Below, in pieces: positions 9,248 through 18,117 of a stretch of DNA of 26,025 nt. The DNA is from Amoebophrya sp. A120. Taxonomy: Eukaryota > Protista > Dinoflagellata. The notes below the pieces were generated by a model. The model saw nothing but the letters and a program-made list of their open reading frames with translations, searched no databases and was not told where the DNA came from. Position numbers and translations under genes: made by a program. Location of the stretch: positions 49,321-75,345 of the forward strand of contig CAJINV010000039.1 in the NCBI GenBank assembly GCA_905178155.1. The letters are read 5' to 3'. Numbering within the stretch: position 1 is the first letter of the stretch; each line of letters starts with the position of its first letter.

Positions 9248-10737
9248 TGCGGGCTTCGGGGGTCATGAAGGATTTGATCGAAAACGGAGCGATCATGCCC
9301 GCGGTTCAATTTGGCATCGGGCAGTTGAGCAAAAAAATGTGGCAGTCGTGGGACGACAAGGTCGATAATGAACTCCAAATCTTTCGATCAAAAACGCATC
9401 AGGCAATGGCGTTCAGCGGCAAGCCGGCGGCCCGGGCGCTTGTCGCCACGGTGCGTGATGCGGAACGCACCGCGATACTGGCAAAGTTCTCACCAAAGGA
9501 GCAGGCCAAGGTGAGGAAGATGCTGCTGCAGCAGGACCTGGACTCGGCGATGGATGCCGCGGGAGCCCTGGACCGCGGGGAGCCGGCGAGCCTCCACCAC
9601 ATCGGTGCGCTCACTGAAACGCTGCAGCAGCCCGTCGTGCTCCGCGACGAGAACCAGAATGTGCTCACCACCATCGGCAAGGGCCTCCCTGGTGCTCCGT
9701 GCAACGTCACGTATTATAAGGGCGAAAACGGCAAACCCGGACACTACGTGGCGACGAATGCAGCCGTGGGGGACGGGTACACCTCCCCCGGGAAGCCTAC
9801 CGGGAAAAATGCTTGCTTGTTCAATGCAGTGGCCGCGCAAGTGTATGGGGATCAGGGCAGAGGCGCACAATTGCGGGCCAAGACGGCTGCTCACATTCGG
9901 AACAACCCCCAGCGGCTCATGACAATTGCCAGTTCGATTCGCCGACACAACTTTTACAAGGGCGGCGCGCCGTCACTGATTCCAGATCCAGGGGGTGCCC
10001 CTTTTTGGCACCCAAATCAAGATATGCTGAATGCAGTCGCAGACCACATTCAAGCTCAAGGCGAGCCACGTCCAGATCCGGCAGATCTGGATATGCACTG
10101 GAATCTCCAGCCGCACTGGGATCCGCACTTTACACTGCGTGTAGGCGATCAGCGATTCGTGTATGGTGTTCCTCGTTATGCCCCGCCTGGTACCCTTCCA
10201 CAGGTTCGCGATGCGCCGGAGACACCAATTGCGAAAGCGGCTAATCATCTTTACAAAGCTTATGCGGTTGCAACGAAAACAAACAGTTTTGTCTCGGTGA
10301 CACAAAAAGCGGCTCCGCCTCCAAAAATAAGTTTTAAAGCGGCGCAAGCTGGACTTCAGTTTCTTGCAAAGACATCGTTTCCTATGGCGAAGAATGCTAT
10401 AGCTTTGACGAGTGGCCAAGCAAAAGCCAACGAGTTTGCGAAATATGGGGACCTTATGATGCCAGGTAACGTGGTCTGTGTGCGTAATACGTTTTCCAGT
10501 ACTCCAAAAAACGGCGGAAACACCCATGCGGCTCGTGCGCAATTCGCCGAACAGCACAATCGTCCTGTACCTCCACCGAACTTCATCAATAATTTTTTAG
10601 ATGATCCCCCTTTGGGAGCAGGACCACCGCCGAAGCCGAAGGGCCCCGCCTGGGGCGTCGCAAAGGCGAAGGGAGCACAACCGGCTACTGTGGCAAAGGC
10701 AAAGGGAGCACAACCTGCCTGGCCAGCTCAACCGTGA
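9247..10737 (+). CDS. Last exon (from 9253) of permuted OTU-like protease + KGG + variable C-terminal domain protein, copy 1
   Basis: HIGALTETLQQPVVL..CNVTYY..PGHY (His 9742-9744) precedes NACLFNAVAAQVYGDQ..LRAKTAAHIRNNP (Cys 9814-9816). FYKGG (GG 9961-9966) is followed by a divergent C-terminal region. Confidence 0.85.
   Translation: MRASGVMKDLIENGAIMPAVQFGIGQLSKKMWQSWDDKVDNELQIFRSKTHQAMAFSGKPAARALVATVRDAERTAILAKFSPKEQAKVRKMLLQQDLDSAMDAAGALDRGEPASLHHIGALTETLQQPVVLRDENQNVLTTIGKGLPGAPCNVTYYKGENGKPGHYVATNAAVGDGYTSPGKPTGKNACLFNAVAAQVYGDQGRGAQLRAKTAAHIRNNPQRLMTIASSIRRHNFYKGGAPSLIPDPGGAPFWHPNQDMLNAVADHIQAQGEPRPDPADLDMHWNLQPHWDPHFTLRVGDQRFVYGVPRYAPPGTLPQVRDAPETPIAKAANHLYKAYAVATKTNSFVSVTQKAAPPPKISFKAAQAGLQFLAKTSFPMAKNAIALTSGQAKANEFAKYGDLMMPGNVVCVRNTFSSTPKNGGNTHAARAQFAEQHNRPVPPPNFINNFLDDPPLGAGPPPKPKGPAWGVAKAKGAQPATVAKAKGAQPAWPAQP
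10657..10719 (+). repeat. Coding tandem repeat VAKAKGAQPA x2 (33-bp period)
   Basis: Units at 10657-10686 and 10690-10719 differ only by synonymous changes. Confidence 0.85.
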
Positions 10738-11036
10738 GGTCTAGCGAGTCGTCGCGAACATTGTATTACAGTGCCTTCTCACAGGATCTCTGTCATTGCG
10801 CTCCAACTTGAATCATTGCAGCAAAGCAAGGAGGTACTTAATGTGTGCGCGATCACACGAGCATCTTGATCTTCCGTGCCTTTTATATGAAAAATGGTGT
10901 TGAAGTCGCCACATCTTTTCGTCACAACGTCTATAGCGTAACGTCTGTCCTGTTATCAGCGTAGTCCCCACGTCCCAGCACCGCGGCCGACGCAGCAAGG
11001 GTTTATGGGGTTTGAGGGTTCTGGTTTGAGGTTCCT

Positions 11037-11066
11037 AATTTGATCTTATCAAATTTGATCTTATCA
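11037..11066. repeat. 15-bp tandem repeat AATTTGATCTTATCA x2
   Basis: Exact copies at 11037-11051 and 11052-11066. Confidence 0.85.
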
Positions 11067-12392
11067 TAGCCTATATTGCGAAAGATGGCGCTATAAAGGT
11101 TTCGTGCGATACAGACGCGCAGCAGATTCAGCAAGTAAACCAAAAAGAAATATCAGAGGACTTTATTTCTCACGCGTCGAATTACTCGTTTTTTATGTAT
11201 GATTTAGCCGTTTACATTAACTCTCGCAGCTCTATGTAACTGCAACAGTGGAGATGATCAGAGGCACTAAAACTAAATACGCCATGAAAGTTGTACTGCA
11301 ACATGTAAAAAGTGCAGTCAACATAAAGCTCACAGGTCATTACTTAGTTCATTTTCAGAAAAATCGATCGGCTATACTCCCGTTCGCTCTTTGAGATATG
11401 CAATACTATCAAAAAGCAAAAGATACACACTGTCAATACCTCCTTCTTCACATGATTATACATTTTTGTTGTCATCAACACCAACAGTATGAATAGGCGA
11501 ATGTATTGTGATCATCGGAGGCTGATATTGTAGCACTATTTCTGGCCATTCATATTCATCGCATTGTTTCATTTACGTGGAAAATACAAGTCGTGGAAAA
11601 TAAAGAAAAAACGCAATAGATGGCTGGTTCGAAGCGACGGCGTGATGTATGATTTTTTTTCCTACGAGGGTGACATTATTGGTTTCGGTACTATTCATTT
11701 ATCGTCCGTCGTTTTAGACACCATTATTTGGTACTTGTAGAATTCAAAAGAATACAGCCCAGAATCAACGATACCAGTGAGCGCCCCCAACAAGCGACAC
11801 TCGAATTTCGAATCCCGACCAAAGTATTGATTCCAATATTTGCCTCGGGTTGTTCCGCTTCACATGAGAACCCAGATCCCAAGGACACCCTCAAATACAT
11901 GGAAACGTCGATGAAATGTGGAAGCTGAAGAAGATCCTCGCAAATCGATTTTCCTTGAAATTCTTGAAAATCCATGCAGGCGTCACAGCTGTTTATCCCT
12001 GTTCCAACGCATGCTCCTTCTCGTTCGCAGATGCGAGGTATCAAATCGAATGCTAGATCATATCCATGTGGACTATTGTGGATCAATAAGATTGGTAAAT
12101 ATTAGAAAATCCGACCCATCGGGTGTTTCACCCATTCACAGATGTACAAGCACCGCGCCAGTCAGTAAAATCCCTCTTAGCTTCGTATGTTGACATTGAT
12201 TCCTTTAGCTGTATCATTTTAGTGTTCGTTCCTTTCTTGACGGTATTTTTCATTGACTCGACTACATCGAAATAAATTACTGAAACAAAGGGCCGACCAG
12301 GCCAAAATAATTAAACCAAAGCTGACGAGTACATGAGGTGGTTCTCCAAACGCGACAAAAGTTCCAACGAGAATAAACTTTAATTGATAACA

Positions 12393-15107
12393 ATGGCACA
12401 CTTTCTCGCTCCGAGCTCGCATGGCACAGAGTATCGCAGATGCCAAGAGGATCCAGTGGCGCAGTTGTCCACTCTGACCCTAACTGATCTGGGAGGGAAC
12501 AGTTTATGTCGCATTGACCTGCCTTTAAACCAAGACTGCATTCTCTTACGGACTGTGAAGCGTCACCTCGCGGCTGCCCGCGGCCAAGACCCTTCCTTCC
12601 TGTTGGGCCAAGGAGTTGTTTTGGAGCGGAAGACTTTTCTAGCAGTCGTTAACGCGAACAAAAGTGTCATTCCAGTAGCATCATCCTCTTCTCCGCTCGA
12701 ACAGCCGACGACGGAGGGCGAAGCTCGTGTTGAGCCAGGTCTCACATCGCCAAAAAGACAAGGAGCTTTTTCAGACAGAGCTGCAGATGCCGGACCGCGT
12801 GCAATCAGTCATGTTGCAGCTTCCGTTGATACATCCGCATGCACAGCAACGGAGGCCCGCTTAGAGCCGGAGGACGAGGAAAAGTGTATTGTCCGGGACG
12901 GACGGTTTCCTATCCCTCTCTGGACAACTGACGGGGCGCGTGTTCGTGAGATCCAGGCCGTCTTTGATAATCGAGTGGAAAAGGCTTTTTCATTCGCCAG
13001 AGGATGCCTTCAGATGAATTCCGCAGATGTACAGCAACAGTTTTTACAAGATTCCGAACTGCAGTCATCATGTCCGAGTGTGACTGATCTCACAGTTGTT
13101 GTCCACTCAGACGCACTGGAAGGTCCGTGGGATGACCGCGATCTGCCGTCTGATATCGACATGATGCATTTTCGCGGATGTTGCTGCAACCTCGGAGATC
13201 CGAGTATAGAGGGAGGGACTCTGTGCCTTCATAAAATATTGCAGGACTTGTATCCGCCGGGTTTCGACACCACATTTGGGACGTGTGACTTCGAATTCCG
13301 TGAAGCTTTGGTGAAAGAGGCGGTAGAACCATCCGTGCGTTGGGACCCTTACACGAATCCTCAGCTGATTCAGATGGGAAGCACGGCATCACTCTTCCGT
13401 TCGAGCAAGGATCTCTGCATGCTTGCCTGCGAAATCAACGGGCTCACACTGCGATACGCAACGCCACAGCTACGGAACGACGCAGATCTTGTCCGAGTTG
13501 CTGTTGCAGCGGATTGGCGGTCCTTGCGATTTGCTAGCGGGCACATCAGGTCCTCCCTGACCTACGAAGATATTGCGCTCTGTGCCATACGGCAAAACGG
13601 ATGGGCATACAAGTATCTTCGTGGCGAACTTCGCCACCGCCATCCGCTCATCAAGTTGGCAATCGGACACAAGCCGTGGTGCCTGCGCTACGTGCCAGTG
13701 GAGCATCACGCGGCAATCGACTTAATTTCATCTGCTGCAGAGATAGACGGCGTTCCCGCTCTCAAATTCTGTGCGCATCATATTCAAACTGAAGAACTGG
13801 TGAAAGCAGCAGTCGTGTCAAACGGGCTTGCGCTGAAGTACTGCGCGCCAGAACTTATCAGCCGACTCGTAGTTGAGCTAGCGTTGCAGCAAAACCCTTA
13901 TGCGCTCCGCTTCGTCAATGATATCAATCTACGCAACGAGGCCGAGCTGCTGCTGAAACTTCTCGACGGGCCGAGTCCGATGTTGCGGACCAACTGGCAC
14001 CATTGTACAGACCATCCTGAGTCGGCGCTTCAGTTGGTGGACGTGCAGGGACGGAACGATGAATCAAAAGCAAAACAAGGGCACACAAAACCGACATTGT
14101 TCAGCTCTCCCCACCACGGCGACTGCCAAAACGGAGTAGTTCGCAGTACGGAAGCAGACTGTGCCCCTTTGCGCATTCAGGGATCACAGTCTACAGGAAG
14201 CAGCCTTGTTCCTCCGTGCCCGTGGACGCACCCATGTAGATGTTCCACGTGTCAACTAAGCCGTATGAAACTCGACCGCACTCCGGCCAGGTTCTCGAAA
14301 TGTTATCAAGCTAGCAATGATGAGACAGTCCGTCGGTATGCTTGCCTGTTGCAGCGCTACATCCAAGTATCTGACTTCTGCGGCGATGGGGAGCACATCT
14401 GCAACGCGGTGTGCCGACAGGAAAGCCACCGCTACCCCACTACCGACATCTTCAATGAAGATAACCTCGTCCTCTTGCACAATTTCGAGAACCTGCAGGA
14501 GGAAGACTTCGACTCGGTTCCAGAGGATCTTCCGACTCTGATTCTGCAAAACCTCCCTGCAGAGCATGCTGTTCGAGATAACGCGGAAATCATCCGTCGG
14601 TGTGTCCGCCTTGACGCCCTTTCGCTTGAGCACGCCAGTCCGCGACTTCGATCCGACCGCGGTCTCGTCAAAGAAGCGGTTGCTCAAAATCACGACTCGT
14701 TTCTTTTTGCCGGAGACGAACTCCGTCGGGATCCGGAATTCGTTGTGGAACTCATGGAACAAGGATGCGCTGAAATTTTTTGGAATGCCGATAAGGAGGC
14801 CGTACAAGATCTGTTGCTCTGGGGAAACGGTGCGCCAGAGGTCTCTTTGCGGGCTTTTTGCGCGTGGCCTTGTTTATTAGAATTTGCGAAGCCGGAGTTC
14901 AAGCAAGACAGCTTTCTTGTCGAGTCGGTTTTGGCAATCGACGGCGAAGCGCTGGAGTTCGTGGACGTTTCTTGTCGGCGCACGAAGCACTTCGTCCACA
15001 CGGCCATGAGAGCAGGAGGCTTCTTGGATCATGCCGACAAGGCATTCCACGACGATGCCCATTACGAAAATTCTCTTGATGTTGTCCTGTCATTGCATGC
15101 ATTCTAA
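12393..15107 (+). CDS. DUF4116-repeat protein B, main exon (ATG 12393; true exon end probably 15061); split Ubl header
   Basis: ~900-aa ORF with NGLTLRYATPQLRNDADLVRVAV, NGWAYKYLRGELR, DALSLEHASPRLRSDRGLVKEAVAQN and FAGDELRRDPEFV. Closely paralogous to 22979. Confidence 0.88.
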   Translation: MAHFLAPSSHGTEYRRCQEDPVAQLSTLTLTDLGGNSLCRIDLPLNQDCILLRTVKRHLAAARGQDPSFLLGQGVVLERKTFLAVVNANKSVIPVASSSSPLEQPTTEGEARVEPGLTSPKRQGAFSDRAADAGPRAISHVAASVDTSACTATEARLEPEDEEKCIVRDGRFPIPLWTTDGARVREIQAVFDNRVEKAFSFARGCLQMNSADVQQQFLQDSELQSSCPSVTDLTVVVHSDALEGPWDDRDLPSDIDMMHFRGCCCNLGDPSIEGGTLCLHKILQDLYPPGFDTTFGTCDFEFREALVKEAVEPSVRWDPYTNPQLIQMGSTASLFRSSKDLCMLACEINGLTLRYATPQLRNDADLVRVAVAADWRSLRFASGHIRSSLTYEDIALCAIRQNGWAYKYLRGELRHRHPLIKLAIGHKPWCLRYVPVEHHAAIDLISSAAEIDGVPALKFCAHHIQTEELVKAAVVSNGLALKYCAPELISRLVVELALQQNPYALRFVNDINLRNEAELLLKLLDGPSPMLRTNWHHCTDHPESALQLVDVQGRNDESKAKQGHTKPTLFSSPHHGDCQNGVVRSTEADCAPLRIQGSQSTGSSLVPPCPWTHPCRCSTCQLSRMKLDRTPARFSKCYQASNDETVRRYACLLQRYIQVSDFCGDGEHICNAVCRQESHRYPTTDIFNEDNLVLLHNFENLQEEDFDSVPEDLPTLILQNLPAEHAVRDNAEIIRRCVRLDALSLEHASPRLRSDRGLVKEAVAQNHDSFLFAGDELRRDPEFVVELMEQGCAEIFWNADKEAVQDLLLWGNGAPEVSLRAFCAWPCLLEFAKPEFKQDSFLVESVLAIDGEALEFVDVSCRRTKHFVHTAMRAGGFLDHADKAFHDDAHYENSLDVVLSLHAF

Positions 15108-15139
15108 TTCTTCTTGGGTCGTTACATCATTATATCAAG

Positions 15140-15172
15140 CTTTGCATCTGAGGATAATAAGTTGGTAGACAG
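15140..15172 (+). CDS. Predicted 33-nt micro-exon of gene B (FASEDNKLVD)
   Basis: Preceded by AG at 15138-15139. Followed by GT at 15173, in phase with the polypyrimidine-AG acceptor at 15330-15331. FA aligns with the FA after the equivalent intron of gene C. Confidence 0.45.
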
Positions 15173-15332
15173 GTACAGGAAAAATTCAGTTGAAAACTAC
15201 GGACCCAGATCGTGATATGGACGCTGTTGAGAGACGTGTCTATATGCATTTGCAACGCAACTGCGCACCTACAATAGTGTACTTATTTTCCTCACAGTTA
15301 ACGTGGTATAGTGCTTTTTTTCTCCAAACAGG

Positions 15333-16271
15333 ATGCAAAGACAGAGTTTTTTTTTGGATGAGAAACTGATACGGGAGCAAATAATTTCCAATGCAGCGAA
15401 ATTCAATGACTTACCGCGAGACGGCAAGTTGGTGCTTACGACTCGCCTTCAGCCCTACTGGGAACGGTTGATGAGCAGGAAACCGAGCAAATACTGCAGG
15501 GACGCAATCCTGTTGGAAGCTGCCGTGCGCCTCGGCATCGCAGCCTTGGAAAACATTCCCCTCGATCTTCCCCAAGATCTATTCCCGGGAATCGTTCATA
15601 ATATATGCAAACAAATACGGTTCACAAGGGGTCTTCAACACGGCTATACCGTGGCAAAGCAACTCACCGACATTCCGCCCGCGATGCAGGACGATCCATT
15701 GGTTCAATGCGAATTTTACGTTGAAGCGGTGGCACGTCGGGGTCGAAACCTCGAACGAGAAACGATCCTGATTGGACTGGTCACGACGCAAGCATTTTGT
15801 CACTCATTTTTTGTTTACATGGAGCTCGAGGATGAAGACTCCATGTTCTATTCGTCGAAGGAAGCTGCTGAAGAGTACGCACTTTTCACACTCCAGCAGG
15901 CTCCGTGGGGTGCAGAAGTTTACTTTTTGTTTCCCCGTGCCGTTCGTGAGTGCTCCACAATTCAAGATGCTTTTTTCACTCTGTGTGGCGAGCCGCTGGA
16001 AATCGGAAACTTGGTCGGGTTCGCTTTGATGCATTGCACTGAGCTTGCAAGAAACCGGTGTACGAAATCAAACGGAGCGTGGTCTACGTACGAGCGAAGC
16101 CGTAAAAGCGCGGTTCCAGAAGTTACGTGGAACGCGGGTGGGCTTCACAGCCCACTTGAGCAATATCTCAGATTACGACTGCCCTCGTGCCACAAGAGCC
16201 CTGAGAAAAATGCGCTTCTTAGCACAGCGGAAGCGCGTAGAAACAGACTGGCTGCGCCACCATTTCCCTAG
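15333..16271 (+). CDS. 312-aa ORF with degenerate DUF4116-like helical repeats; probably the terminal exon of gene B (acceptor at 15331)
   Basis: RDAILLEAAVRLGIAALENIPLDL and LTDIPPAMQDDP..FYVEAVARRG. TTTTTTTCTCCAAACAG lies directly upstream. Confidence 0.65.
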   Translation: MQRQSFFLDEKLIREQIISNAAKFNDLPRDGKLVLTTRLQPYWERLMSRKPSKYCRDAILLEAAVRLGIAALENIPLDLPQDLFPGIVHNICKQIRFTRGLQHGYTVAKQLTDIPPAMQDDPLVQCEFYVEAVARRGRNLERETILIGLVTTQAFCHSFFVYMELEDEDSMFYSSKEAAEEYALFTLQQAPWGAEVYFLFPRAVRECSTIQDAFFTLCGEPLEIGNLVGFALMHCTELARNRCTKSNGAWSTYERSRKSAVPEVTWNAGGLHSPLEQYLRLRLPSCHKSPEKNALLSTAEARRNRLAAPPFP

Positions 16272-17916
16272 CCCCAGTCTTTTTCAAACCTATGTGGAAT
16301 CAAGACAAACGAACAAGAACGCAGACCACTGTTAGGCGAAGAAGAGTAGTTCACAGCAAGGCGATTCCGGTATGCTGGATGAAAGCTCACTATTGAAAAT
16401 AAGATGTGTGTAGCGTCTTCCTAAGACCTTGTCTTGCGCAATACCAGTCTGCACTCACAGCTCCTTTCGATTCCGCCAAACGGCACAATGAGTTGGCGTT
16501 TCCGCAAGTACACGTGCAAGGTACGTATGTGTAATAAGCGGACGTGGATAATTTCCCTTTTTTGACTACTCAAACCGAAACCTGACACTGACTCTTAGCG
16601 TCTCTCCTGTATGATGATCATAGTGTAAAACGCAATAAAGAAGCAAGGCGGAGCTAGCAAACTACGCAGGTGAATGTGGATAATTTCGATATGACCACAA
16701 AATAAACTTTATTCAAGCGTGAATCTCGTCTCACTCTTGCTTTACCTGCAGGGGCTTCGTCTGAACGGGCTGCTGAGCAGTGCCTGGCATTTTTCTGCCA
16801 CGTTCGTCATAGGGCTACACACTGAGGAACACGATGGCGTTCTATCACTAATTGGATTCTGAGGTGTCTTGCCTACAACCCTCTTCGGTGACACGGTATG
16901 TTTGTGGCTCTGTATGTAGAGGATCTGAGAAGTACCGGTGGCGCTATGTTTCATATAAAAAGGCACAAAAGGAAAAGATGCAAACCCGAGGTCAGATAAA
17001 AAGGTCGGACAGCATCAGTAATTACGCTCACCAAAAATGACTAGAAATTATAATTAAAGTAACATTTATTTTCGGCATTTTTACCGATCATGAGCAGGGA
17101 AGGTTGATGCATTTACTATGCAAGCCCAGGAGTTGCATTTGGAGCACCATTTCATTCGTATAAATTCATTTGCTAATGAATGTATTACTGTAATCATGTT
17201 GATAATGAGCGCTACCATGGAGCGCGCCGCTGCTCCTCCGAAGATCCTTAACTGACTCCGCTGTCATCTGCAATTGCTTCGCATCATCAGAGATCCATCG
17301 GACACGGAATAAAGGAAAGCTCCCTCCGCGAAAAATAGCACCTACTAACTTGGGTAGCCACGACAGCGCAAGATGGAGCTGTCCGCGCCGAGATCAGGAT
17401 CATCAATTTTTGTGATGTCAATTATAGGCTGCTTTAGATAATCAAAGCACTCGCCGATGTTGCACAACGAACAAGACACAATTGCAACACAATTGCTGTC
17501 AGCGACCAAGTACTGAGTCACGGGAGCAGGCACCTTGATCGCGTGATGAGTTGTCGCAGGCACAAACGGTCGGCATTTCGTTGCAGGCGCATCGATGCTG
17601 TAGCGATTTCTGGTAGTTCATGATCACAAGGAAGATCTCTACCTCTCCTGCCGCTTGCAGCGATGTGATTATTTTCGCGGCATTGGTGGATATCTATGAA
17701 AAAAACACACTTGAAATTTTTGCAATCATTCCATGGCATTTCAGGTCCCGCCGCTTTTCCACCTGCCTGGTTCTGTCATCTTTATGACTTACTCTCATAT
17801 TTATGGAGGTACACAACGCTAGATAGTGTAGTCTCGAAAAGTCTTCTTGAGGTGTTTGTCTTCGATCCTTCTCCGATCTTCCTGAGTTTAGGATGGCAGG
17901 TAGAATTTTTTTTATT

Positions 17917-18068
17917 TTTGTTTAAACCATCTGCCCCAGACGTGAATTGGAAAGGGGCAGGACTGCCTAGTGTTCTTGAAACTCAGCATATTAATGAATA
18001 CTTGTCTGTTGCCATTTGTCGTGGTATGTGGGGGGACAAAAAAAGTGCGCATCTTATCAAATATAACG
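17917..18068. repeat. Second copy of the dispersed repeat at 1-148
   Basis: Same collinear blocks as 1-148. It ends ~50 bp upstream of ORF 18118. Confidence 0.85.
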
Positions 18069-18117
18069 TGGAGATATCGCTCTATAGCTTGTTTATTTCT
18101 TCAAAAGAAAAACGACA

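Noticed and set aside
17200-17740. Possible decayed minus-strand coding fragment (AAKIITSLQAAGEVEIFLVIMNY; IIDITKIDDP)
   Set aside because: Needs frameshifts and has stops; no family can be supported.
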